Source: Hypanus sabinus | Lineage: Eukaryota | Direction of reading: 5' to 3' | Assembly (NCBI RefSeq): GCF_030144855.1 | Contig: NC_082723.1 | Location: 27,528,001 to 27,592,000, forward strand | Length of the DNA stretch: 64,000 nt | In this document: positions 1 through 11,385 of the stretch, piece by piece | Layout of the letters: every line of letters begins with the position of its first letter | Position numbering within the stretch: the stretch's first letter is position 1 | The notes under the pieces: model-generated | The model's database searches: none | Told to the model about the DNA's origin: nothing | The model's input: only the letters and a program-made list of their open reading frames with translations | Program-made: the position numbers and the translations under genes

Positions 1-225
1 ATGAATGCGACCGGTCCCAAAGAACAAGCGGCAGCTGCAAAAGAAGAGACAACAACCAAAAGACCCAACCACCAAATACAGGCACCACTTACTGTTGCCC
101 ACATTGCATCAGAATACGTGGATCCCAGATTGGCCTCTACACCCACTGGAGGAGCCATTAGGAGAACATCATACTCCAATTGAGTGATTGCACTAATACT
201 ACTAAATAAAATAATAAAATAAATT
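1..225 (+). mobile_element. RTE-clade LINE 3' end (decayed)
   Basis: One frame reads YCCPHCIRIRGSQIGLYTHWRSH*, resembling the C-terminal CxxC..SRIGLxSH zinc-finger motif of RTE ORFs; A-rich tail follows. Confidence 0.6.
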
Positions 226-255
226 AACAGCCAGTTTAAATGCAAATTTCCTTAA

Positions 256-1160
256 GGATGTGTGTTTAGCCCACTGCTCTATCTCTCTACACCCATGACT
301 GTGTGGCTAGGCACAGCTCAAATGCCATCTATAAATTTGCTGGCAATACAATTATTGTTGGCAGAATCTCAGATGGAGACAAGAGGGCATACAGGAACAA
401 GATATATCAGCTAGTGAGTGGTGTCGCAGCAACAACCTTGCACTCAGTTTCAGTAAGACCAAAGAGCTGATTGTGGACTTAAGAGAGGGTAGGGTGAGGG
501 AGCACAAACCAGCCCTCATAGAGGGATTAGTAGAAAGGGTGTCAACATCTCTGTGTATCTATCCTAGGCTCAAACATATTGAATGAAAGAAGGCAGCACA
601 GCAGCTATACTTCTTTTGGAGTTTGAAGAGATTTGGTATGTCATTAAAGACACTTGCAAATTTCTACAGATGTACTGTGGAGAGCATTCTAACTGTCTAT
701 ATTAGTGTTTGGTACGGAGGGGCCCACTGCACGGTATTGAAATCAGCTTCAGAAAGTTGTGAACTCAGTCAGCCTCATCATGGAAACTAGTCCCTCCAGC
801 ATCCAGGACCTCTTCAAGGACTAATGCCTCAGAAAGGCAGCATCCATCATGAAGGACCCCCATTACCCAGGATGCCCTCTTCTCATTGCTGCCATCAGGG
901 AGGAGGTACAGGAGCCTGAAGACACACACTCAACGTTTCAGGAACCGCTTCTTTCCCCTCTGCCATCAGATTCCTGAATGGACATAGCAATGAACACCGT
1001 GAACACTATCTCATTATATTTTTTTGCACTACTTATTTAACTTACTAAATATATGTATAATGTAATTTACAGTTTTTAATATTGTGTATTGCATTGTACT
1101 GCTGCCACATAACAACTCATTTTACGACATATACCAGTGATATTAATTCTGATTCTAATT
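256..1160 (+). mobile_element. Rex1/Babar-like LINE, 5'-truncated
   Basis: GCVFSPLL..YTHDC..IYKFA RT motifs, frameshifted; 3' tail ends in ATTCTG-like repeats. Confidence 0.75.
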
Positions 1161-2580
1161 AACTGGATACCATTTCTATCTTTTGTCCTTTGATCTTTGA
1201 TTTGAACAAGAGACAGGAGCTCAGTTTGGCTTAGCTGCATTTATATTGTCTTCTGGTAAAATACAATTCAAAATAGTTATTAAGCTAGTACCTGTACATA
1301 AATGATGAATATTGGAAAATTACCGTGTTTGTACTTATTTTTAAGGAAAGTTAGATAGCAGTAGTTTGAGTTATATGATCTTGTGTTAATTAGTTGTACC
1401 TTGGGATAAGAGAGGTTGTATTTTATGCTTTTTTTTGGTCAATTGTATTAAAATGTAGAACTGAGATGAGCAACGCTCTAATTTATGTGTGGTAATCTCC
1501 TGAGTAATTCTGATTTGGATTTCAAGGGAATCTGTGAAACAATAATACAAGAAGCTGTTTTTCAATCTTAGAATAAATTTTGAATAGAGATGTGGATAAT
1601 ATGCTCAAGTTTGAATTTAGAATTTCTCTAGAATGTGGATGCATTTTTACATTTTCTACATAAAGGACTACAGTGAAAACGGCATCCTCATTTTGACTTT
1701 TTCTGTTATTTTGTTTTAAAATTCAGTATTTAGGGCATTTGGTTTGCAAACAGACCGTGTTTTGTATTCAAGCTAGTCTCATTTGCGAGCAGAAGATGAA
1801 CAGCAAGGTTGAGGGCTTGTCAGAATGTTAAGAATTGTTAATTCCTGACTGAGAATAGATAAATATTCAAGTTGTGTTTCTGAAAAGAATCTGTTTTCTT
1901 TAATGAGGCTTCTTAACTATCTATAAATTGTAATCAATTGTGGTTGTAATCCCACTATCATGGGCATGTGAAATTGGTATCTAATCTAAGAATCTCATTG
2001 ATATGAGAAATTAATATTTCTCAATGAGTGAATCATAGAGGTGTAAAACATTAAAATTACCAAATTTTTAGAGTGAATTTGAGAAATATTGGTATTCAGG
2101 TGTTGGCAATTTATTTTTTACTTCATAGGTACCATAGTAACGCAGGAGTTTGGGCTACTGTCTCAGAGACCCAGTCAGTTCCCAGAACTACCTGTGTGAA
2201 GTTTGTCTGATGTCCCTCCAATAACATGGCTTTTTAGCATACATTCTGGCTTGTCTCTCATGGGTTAATTGGGTCTGTATATTGTCTTTAGTGTCGACGG
2301 GTTGCTAGAAGGATCAGGATGAAGTTGATGGGGATTTGAAAGAAAGTAAGTTGCCAAAAACTGGGGGAATGGGATTGCTATGGGAGCTGGGGCAGATTCT
2401 TGATGCGACAAATGCCTTGTCTAAAGGAAAACTGAAAATATGATGGCTGTAGTTGCATTGCTAATTGTTTTCTGATGTTTTAAAGTTTAAAGATAAAGAT
2501 TAGCTTTATTTGTTGCATGTACATCAAAGCATACAGTGAAATGTGGTGTTTTGAGTCAGCAACCAATACAGTCTGAGGGT

Positions 2581-3580
2581 GTCACAGTAGTGTAGCGGTT
2601 AGTGGAGTGCCTCAGGGATCTGTTCTGGGACCCTGACGCTTCATTATTTTTATAAATGACCTGGATGAGGAAGTGGAGGGATGGGTTAGTAAGTTTGCTG
2701 ATGACACAAAGGTTGGAGGTGTTGTGGATAGTGTAGAGGGCTGTCAGAGGTTACAGCGGGACATTGATAGGATGCAAAACTGGACTGAGAAGTGGCAGAT
2801 GGACTTCAACCCAGATAAGTGTGAAGTGGTTCATTTTGGTAGATCAAATATGATGACAGAATATAGTATTAATGGTAATACTCTTGGCAGTGTGGAGGAT
2901 CAGAGGGATCTTGGGGTCTGAGTTCATAGGACGCTCAAAGCAGCTGCATAGGTTAACTCTGTGGTTAAGAAGGTATATGTTGTATTGGCCTTCATTAATC
3001 GTGGAATTGAATTTAGGAGCCGAGAGGTAATGTTGCAACTATATGGGACCCTGGTCAGACCCCACTTGGAGTACTGTGCTCAGTTCTGGTTGCCTCACTA
3101 CAGGAAGGATGTGGAAGCCATAGAAAGGGTGCAGAGGAGACTTACAAGGGTGTTGCCTGGATCGGAGAGCATGCCTTATGAAAGCAGGTTGAGTAAACTC
3201 GGCCTTTTCTTCTTGAAGCGATGGAGGATAAGAGCTGACGTGATAGAGGTGTACAAGATAATGAGAGGCATTGATCGTGTGGATAGTCAGAGGCTTTTTT
3301 CCAGGGCTGAAATGGTTGCAACAAGAGGACACAGGTTTAAGGTGCTGGGGAGTAGGTACAGAAGAGATGTCAGGGGTAAGTTTTTTTACTCAGAGTGGTG
3401 AGTGTGTGGAATGGGCTGCCGGCAACGGTGGTGGAGGCGGATATGATAGGATCTTTTAAGAGACTTTCAGGTAAGTACATGGAGCTTAGAAAAATAGAGG
3501 GCTATGGGTAAGCCTAGTCATTTCCAAGGTAGGGACATGTTCGGCACAACAGGGCCTGTATTGTGCTGTAGGTTTTCTAC
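2581..3580 (+). mobile_element. CR1 LINE, RT C-terminal half and 3' UTR
   Basis: SGVPQGSVLGP, SKFADDTKVGG, FNPDKCEVVHFG, LVRPHLEYCAQFW motifs (ORFs 2673-2921, 2961-3401), interrupted by stops. Confidence 0.9.
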
Positions 3581-3587
3581 ATTTTTA

Positions 3588-3866
3588 TTACAGCTCGGGG
3601 CGTCAGAGACTGGAGTTCAATTCTGATATAATCTGTAAGGAGTCTATACGTCCTCTGCAAATGGAATGTGTGGGTTTTCCTCAGGTGTTCCGGTTTCCTC
3701 CCACAGTCCAAAAATGCACCGTTAATTAACATAGGTTAATTAGACATTGTAAAATGTCCTGTGATTAAGCTAGGGTTAAATTGGGGTTTGTCAGGGGTTG
3801 CTTGGCGGTGCGACTTGAAGGGCTGGCAGGGCCTATTCTGCACTGTATTTCAAAATAAAATAAAAT
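3588..3866 (+). mobile_element. V-SINE/HE1-like SINE
   Basis: GGAGTTCAATT B-box-like motif, GGGTTTTCCTCAGGTGTTCCGGTTTCCTCCCACAGTCCAAA core, AAATAA tail. Related copies at about 14095-14330, 19283-19566, 28655-28922, 36580-36820, 48900-49120 (+) and 6680-6885, 41180-41390, 53300-53560, 58145-58400 (-). Confidence 0.75.
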
Positions 3867-4953
3867 GAATTGTGGCAGGGCAGCCCACAAGTGTCGTCAC
3901 ACTTCCAGCACCAACATAGCAAGCTACACCTCACTAACCCATACATCTGGCAGCCGGAGGAAAACTCACACAGCCACGGGAGAATGTACACACTCCTTAC
4001 AGACAGCAGTGGGAATTGAACGTGGGTCACTGGCGCTGTGAAGTGTTACACTACTGTGCCAATTTTTTAGGAAACTTCACACAATATCGGTTTAAATGTC
4101 TGCATTCTCCCTTATATATTTATAAAGAAATGTATCAGGTCATGTTGGTTGTACCACATTGATTAGGTTTGGATGAATTGTGCAGTGGTGAGAAATTAGA
4201 GAGAAAGATGAAAGAAATTTAACCTATTTCTTACCGTATGGTTGTAAGCCTAGTCCAGTTACTGTTTCTTTGGAGTATTTTCAGGATATATTAAAGACCT
4301 TGAGTGGTATCAACAGCATGATCAATGTTGCTTATCTAATCTTCATTTCCTGGTTCAGATTTACTTATTTTTCAGTTATATATCAGATGTACATTGTCCT
4401 GGTTATACAGGCAATCTCTGAAGAGTATTGATAATGGCTGGGGTCACCCGTCTTGTAAAGACACTGCCCAGAAGAAGGTACAAATTACTTCTGTAGAAAA
4501 ATTTGCCAAGAACAATTATGGTCATGGAAGACTTTGATTGCCCACCTCATACAACACAGCACGAAATATCATCAAGACATAGAGGGAAATGCACTGTTAG
4601 CTTTCACAGTGATCACAATAATTTGATTTGCTTGGCACAAGTGTCACCACACAGTCCAGCACCAGCATATCATGCCCACAATGCTCGACAGAAAAACAAA
4701 ATGCAACAAAACAACAGCAAGAGAAGCCCTGACACTGACCTAGCCACACATATACTCATTCCTCCAAACCCAAGAAAGGCTGTCTTCTACCTCCATGGAT
4801 TTCCAGACACTTGGCTTTGACTTTCCCAGCAGACTCAGAGATATTTGCTGACCCAGGCTTCTGCAGACTTCTCAGCTTCCGATCGATCTTTGGTATCAAC
4901 CGCAAGTTTCCCTGATGACAATGAATGAAATCCCCAAACAGTAGGCCTCGAAC

Positions 4954-5131
4954 TCTCAGACTCAACAACGATGAGATCCCAGGTATTAGGTTTCAAACTC
5001 CCTGACTCGACGATGATGGGACACTGAAAGTTAGTTCTCAAACTCAGGAACTAGTGTTCAGGGTCCCATCATCGTTGAATCAGGGAGTTTGAAACCTAGT
5101 ACTTGGTATCTCATCGTTGTTGAATCTGAGA
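4954..5131. repeat. 178-bp near-perfect palindrome (fold-back)
   Basis: Arms 4954-5028 and 5057-5131 are reverse complements with 7 differences in 75 bp by manual count. Confidence 0.9.
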
Positions 5132-5134
5132 TAT

Positions 5135-5660
5135 ATATCACACACAGCATATAAACTGAAGTATTATACTATAAATACCTTAATAAAATATAATTCAAAA
5201 TGCATGTAGTAAAGTGCAGCACAGGTAAACAGTAAATAGCTTGCTGTCTTAATGATGAGACCTTGGTGACAAGGTATTCATTAGTCTGAGGGAAGAAGTT
5301 GTTACCCAGTCTGGCAGACCTAGATGTGATTCTTCTGTATCTCCTTTCTGACAGCAGTGGGTCAAAGAGATTGTGGAATGGTGGTAGGGATCTTCAACAA
5401 TGCTTTTGAGTTCTTGTCTACACTGCTTCCGGTAAATGTCACAGATAGTGGGGGAGGGTGACTTTGACAATCCTCCAGGTGGTTTTTACTGCCCTCTATA
5501 GAACCTTGCGGTTCGACGCCTTGTGGCTTCAGTACCACACAGTAATGCAGCCAGACAGGACACTCTTGATGGTGCTCTGTGGAAAATTGTTAGAATGGGG
5601 GCAGGGGAGCCTTGCACACTTCAATCTCCTCAGAATGTGTAGACGCTGCTGTGCCTTTGT
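5135..5660 (-). mobile_element. Rex1/Babar-like LINE 3' fragment
   Basis: Reverse strand encodes decayed Rex1-type C-terminus (..ESVLSGCITVWY.., SIVEDPYH). Confidence 0.6.
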
Positions 5661-6956
5661 TGTTGGTTCAGGTTGGATCTCCAGTTTCAATGTGTCATGA
5701 AACTATAATGTTGGAATATTTGTCTCATGAAGGCATTGAATCCACACTTCTTTGACTTGGGCAAGTGTATGATCAGGTGGACTAGGCTGCAGACACTCTG
5801 ACTCCTCCAGTGGATATGTACCTAGAGAATGAGGCTGCTTCAACACACACTTTAAATCTCCAGTGGGTAGTCATTGCTTATTATGTACCCTTTTGGTTCC
5901 CGACAGTTCTAAGCAATATATTTTGTTACAGAAAATTGCTTTACTCTAATCGTTCTGAATTTAGTGATATTTTATCCCAAGGTTCACTGTCAGATTGAAT
6001 ATCAGCGCACTGATCAATTTATTTTCTGTAAATTTACTGCTTCTAGGCTTTGTATTTGATCTATAATCAGACTGCTTAAATGTTGCTGATGAGAAAGTCA
6101 GTATTTTTTTTCTCCCTACACTATAACTGTCAGGTTGTATTACACCATTACATATTCACTAGAATTGATAAAATCAGCAGGACATCTCATTCAAAAGCCT
6201 TTAATCGCTACCTCTTTTCAATTCAAATCCATTGTGGAGGTCGACCAGTGTTCACAAATCACTTTAAGTGGGAAGTTCTGTACCTTGTGCAGGCCGCGTA
6301 AATGAGAAGTAGTATGCAGAGTTACTTAAAACAGTAATAAATGCCAAAAAGTTATTTTAATTGGATTGAAAAATAGGCACGAAATGCATTTTTCAGCAGA
6401 AATAGAAGTTCTGAACCAGTTAGTAACTATATAGCAGATGGGATGATGTGTTTTAAAGCCCCATGCTTTGCGTGGTGTGGCACAAATTGTTAACATTTCT
6501 CATTTTCAAAATGATGCTGAATTGCGTTTAATGCGCAATACTGAAATGGTTGGTTATTTTCTGTTTGGGATAGGAGGAAGCTTTGGGGAGGGGGTGGAGA
6601 TTTCTTCACATACTGCTTCGGACCCATTCTGTTGGTATCCATTGACCTGTTAGAGCAGAGGTCTGCCTTTTTGATTAATTATTTATTTATTGATACACAA
6701 CACGCAACAGGCCTTTTCGGCCCTCCGAGCCGTGCCGCCCAGGAATCCTCGATTTAAGCCTAGCCTAAACACTGGACAATTTACAATGACCAGTGAAACC
6801 AGAGCACATGGAGATAACCGATGCATTCCATGCAGAGGACTTACAGACACTCCTTACAGAGGATGTCAGAATTGAACTCTGACCTTTAGTTCGCACCTGG
6901 ACCATATCCCTCTGACTCCTCCCATTCATGTATGGGTCCAAACTTCTCCTAAACGT

Positions 6957-7328
6957 TAGACCCTAAGACATAGGAACAGAATTAGGCCATTTGGCCCATT
7001 GAGTCTGTTCTGCCTATCCATCATGGCTGATTTATTATCATTCTCAACCCCATTTTCCTGCCGTCTTCCTGTAGCCTTGGCGCTTTGACTAATCAAGAAC
7101 TTATCATCTTCTGCTTTAAGTATACCCAGTGACTTGTTCTCAACTGCTGTCTGTGGCAATGAATTTCGCAGATTCACCACCCTCTGGCTAAAGAAATTCC
7201 TCCTCATCTAAATGGACATCCCTCTATTCTGAGGCTGTACCCTCTGGTCCTAGATGCACCCACTATAGAAAACATCTTCTCCATATCCACTCTTGCTAGG
7301 CCTTTCAATATTTGATAGGTTTCAGTGA
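6957..7328 (-). mobile_element. CR1 3' end (second subfamily) nested in CR1
   Basis: MRRNFFSQRVVNL motif; tail seen on + as AGACCCTAAGACATAGGAACAGAATTAGGCC. Confidence 0.85.
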
Positions 7329-7667
7329 GATACCCCCTTGCTCTTCTCAGTTGTTACAGACGAGCCTGCATCTACCACTGATGCTGGCAGCTCGTTCCAT
7401 GGTCATGCTATCCTCTGTGAAGAATGTCCCCTTGAACATTTCACCCTTAACCTATGACCTCTAGTTATAATATCAGCCAACCTGAAGGCAAAAAGCAGTG
7501 TGCATTTTCCCTATCTATACCCCTGATAATTGTGTAAACCTCTATCAAATCTCGCCTCATTCTCCTGCACTCCAGGAATAAAGTCCTAATCTATTCAACC
7601 TTTCCCTATAACTCAGGTACTCAAGTCCCAGCAACGTCCTTGTAAGTTTTCTCTGTTCTCTTTCAAG

Positions 7668-8508
7668 TGTTACGTATTCAGGCAACAATAAATATATGAG
7701 TTAGGCAAGGGTTTATATAACAAATAACACGTTTATTAAACACTGAAAACAAACCCCCTAAAAGTAAACAAACACTAACGTAACCGGAAATCAGCTGCTG
7801 TGCGGCAGCTTAAACAGTTCTTAAAGCGATGCAGCTCAAACAGTTCTTAAAGCGATGTTGCAAAAACAGTTCTTTAAAGTAGTATTGCCAAAAGTTCAAA
7901 AATGCTGACAGTCCATTTAAGGGAGAGACTTTTTAAGACGATTTAAATTCTCTCTCACGTCGCTTTGCTTCGATCCCTGACGTCGAACTTTCCCCACGAA
8001 GAATTTACGAAACGAAACAAAACGGTTTAAAGGCACTGACCTTTCCTGTATCACACTGTCCTCAATCTTTTCTGCTATCCCGCAGAGATTAACACGAGAA
8101 CAGTCAACGAATTCCTTCCGAATAAGGTTTAAATAAGGTCGAACCCGTTTCACCGTCGAAAATCGATTCTCCTCGATCTTTAACTCCCGAACTCCAATCT
8201 TCACTCTCCACTGATTCTCAACTAGCAGTATTGTAAAGAAACTGCTGCCAATGACCTTTTAAACTTTAGGCATTAGATAAAAACTTCATCCTTCAACTAA
8301 ACTGTGTCATCACATTAAATCATGCAGTGGCATGAAGTCAACATGGCAAATCCCGCCACGAACTGCCCCTCCTCACAGGGTGGGGTCTTCCTTTTATACC
8401 CTGTAAAAAAAAACTGTCACATGATCTCTACTGGCGGGAAAATGGCATCACTCCACCATCACAAGACCATTACCGGGTACCACTGTCATGTGTCACGAGT
8501 ATGTAACA
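7668..8508 (-). mobile_element. Solo LTR, 841 bp (Gypsy- or ERV-type)
   Basis: Termini TGTTACGT...ATGTAACA; 4-bp TSD CAAG (7664-7667, 8509-8512); minus-strand TATAAAA near 8392-8398 and AATAAA near 7733-7738; CpG-rich. Confidence 0.8.
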
Positions 8509-8957
8509 CAAGCTTATTGATATCTTTCCTGTAGGTAGGTGACCAGAACTACACACAATACTCCAAATTAGGCCTCACCAATGTCTTATACAACTTCAAC
8601 ATAACATCCCCATGTCCTAATTTTTGAAGGCTTTCTTTATGACTCTATCTGCCTGTTCTGCCACTTTCAAGAAATTATAGATCTATATTCCTCTATATTC
8701 CCAGTTGAGTGCGGCTTCAGCAATACTCAAGACTTGACACCATACAGGACATAACAGCCTGACTGATTGACACCCAGTCCATAACCATTCACTCACTCCA
8801 TTGACTCACAGCAACAGTGTGTTCCATCTACAGGAAGCACTGCAATAGCTCACCAATACTCCGCAGACAGCCCCTTACAAACCCACCACCTTCTACCAGC
8901 TCGAAGAATGAGGGCAGCAAATGCACAGGGAATACCTCCCCCTGGAAGTTGCTCGCA

Positions 8958-9378
8958 GGCAAAATAGACAAAGAATTGGATGTTGTTTTCTTGGGTTTTC
9001 AGAAGCCATTTGACAAGGTGTCACAGGTGAAGTTGCTAAACAAGACAAGTGCCCATGGTATTACAGGAAAAATACTAGCATGGATAGATGATTGGCTGAC
9101 TGGCAGGAGGCAAAGAGCGGGAATAAAGGGGGCCTCTTCTGGTTGGCTGCTGGTGACTAGTGACGTTCTGCTGGGTGTCAGTGTTGGGACCACTTTTTAT
9201 GTTATATGTCAATAATTTGCAGGATAGAATTGATGGTTTTGTGCCCAAGTTTGAGAACAATACGAAAACTGAGCCACTAAAAAGATAGGTGGAGGGGCAT
9301 GTAGAGTAAGGAGTCTCCACGAGGACTTAGACAGATTAGGAGAATGGGCAAAGAAGTGGCAGAAGGAAAATATTGTAG
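8958..9378 (+). mobile_element. CR1 RT fragment
   Basis: DVVFLGFQKPFDKV..HGITGKILAWIDDWLTGRRQR motif. Confidence 0.85.
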
Positions 9379-9380
9379 CT

Positions 9381-9835
9381 GAACATTGTATTTTGCCACA
9401 GCAAGGAGCACTGACATTCTGCTAATATCGCTCCAGTAAATAAATTGCCTGGTCGTTGATCTTGTGCTGTCATGCCTGCCACTTCAGTAGCAGAGTGTAA
9501 ACCAATGTGGTATACAGTGTGCAAAGCCTCTGGTAGGACATTCTGATGTATTTAGGGAGGATTTTTGACGTAATATAAAAAGAATGCAGGAAAAGGTAAC
9601 TGGTTGTTCTTTAAAAGGTGATAGAAATAATCGTGAAGACTGTCATACAGACTGAGGAGTGTGCGGAAAGACTTGGACAGATTAGGAGAATCGGCAAAGT
9701 GACAGATGGAATATAGTCTAGGTCATGCACTTCGGTAGAAGGACTAAGGTGTAAACTATTTTCTAAACAAGTAGAAAATTTAGAAATCAGAGATACAAAG
9801 GAACTTGGGAGTCCTACTGCAGGATTCCCTAAATA
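9381..9835 (+). repeat. Composite unit (unclassified ~260-bp segment plus CR1 fragment), copy 1
   Basis: Collinear with the reverse complement of about 39300-40085, including the junction into CR1 at AGACTGAGGAGT. Confidence 0.75.
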
Positions 9836-9987
9836 CATCCCTGAGATTTGTTTTCTCGTGGTCATACACAGTAGATTCAAGAAATATAATAGAATCAATG
9901 AATGCAGTCTTCCATTGCTTCTATTGGATGCCCGCAAGAAAATGGATCTCAGGGTTGTATATGGTGACATATATGTACTTTGATAAT

Positions 9988-10525
9988 GAGACCACAAGAT
10001 ATATAGGAGCAAATTAGGCCATTTGGCCCATCGAGTCTACTCTGCCATTTCAACATAGCTGATTCATTTCCTTCTCAGCTCCAATCTCCTGCCTTCTCCC
10101 CATATCCCTTCATGCCCTGACTATTCAAGAATCTATCAACCTCTGCCTTAAGTATACCCAATGACCTGGCTTCCACAGCCGCCTGTGACAATGAATTCCA
10201 CAGATTCACCGTCTTCTAGCTGAAGAAATCCCTCCTCATCTCCGTTAAAAATGCACGTCCCTCTATTCTGAGGCTGTGTCCCCTGGTCGTAGACTCCCCC
10301 AGCACAGGACACATCCTCTCCACGTCCACTCTGTCGAGGCCTTCCAACATTCGATAGGTTTCAGTGAGACTCCCTCCCCATTCTTATGTATTGCAGTGAG
10401 TACAGGCCCCGAGCCATCACATGCTCTTCATAATGACAAGCCTTTCAATCCTGGAATCATTTTCGTGAACCTCCGTTGATCCCACTCCATTGTCAGCGCA
10501 TCCTTTCTTGGGTAAGAGGCCCAAT
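9988..10525 (-). mobile_element. CR1 3' end
   Basis: Same subfamily tail as 6957-7328 and 61897-62435. Confidence 0.85.
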
Positions 10526-10819
10526 GCAAAAAGGGGCGAAATTGCATTGGCGCAAACAACACATTTCATTATATGTTTCAATGTACAAGTAACAAATTTT
10601 TTTAGGTAGAGGTTGAACCTCTCTGTCAAAGCAGAGCTGACTCTGTCATCACTCAATGTTGGCACCTGAGTGGTGCCAGCCCACCAAAAATGCTGGATCA
10701 TAAAAACTAACCCCCCCTCCCCTGCCCGGCCCCCACTTCCACTCATTCTTCCTCTAAACAAGAGAATTGTTTAAGTATGAGGGGGCAGTTATGGAAAATG
10801 GAAGTTCAGGAGTTCAATT

Positions 10820-11385
10820 TACTTTGAACTTTGACTCACAAGTTCAGTCAGCAGAAGGAAGGCAAGTGCTATGTTAGCATTCATTTGAGAGGAAATATTA
10901 TGAGCAGACTTGGACCCCTAAGAAAAGGTGTGCTGGCATTGGAGTGAGTCCAGAGGAGGTTCACGAGAATGATTGCAGAATGATAAAATTAATGTTTGAG
11001 GAGTGTTTGATGGTTCTGAGACTGTACTTGCTGAAGTTTAGAAGAAAGAGGGGAGATCTCATTGAAGCTTATTGAATATTGAAAGGCCTAGATAGAGTGG
11101 ATGTTTCCTCTAGCGGGGGAATCTAGGTCCAGAGAGCACAGCCTCAGAACAGAAAAGTTGTGAACCTGTGGAATTCATTGCCACAATTGACTGTGCAGGC
11201 CAAGTCATTGGGTATACTTAAAGCAGTGGTTGATAGTTTCTTCGTTAGTAAGGATATATCAGAGGTTACGGGGAGCAGGCAGGAGAATGGTTTGAGGGCG
11301 ATAGTAAATCACTCATGATGGAATGGCAGAACAGACTCAATAGTCCGAATGGCCTAATTCTGCTGCTTTGTCTTTTGGTCTTATT
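10820..11385 (+). mobile_element. CR1 3' end
   Basis: GTCCAGAGGAGGTTCACGAGAATGATT ... GGCCTAATTCTGCT tail. Confidence 0.8.

Larger units (their letters stand above)
6890..8700 (-). mobile_element. CR1 3' fragment hosting two nested insertions
   Basis: Segments 6890-6956, 7330-7667 and 8509-8700 join into a CR1 3' end collinear with the uninterrupted copy at 57335-57900. Confidence 0.8.

Noticed and set aside
4131-4170. PSMB7 exon 5 (TATCAGGTCATGTTGGT resembles the YQG.IG start)
   Set aside because: No AG acceptor and the frame does not continue into the expected ALVLGGVD sequence
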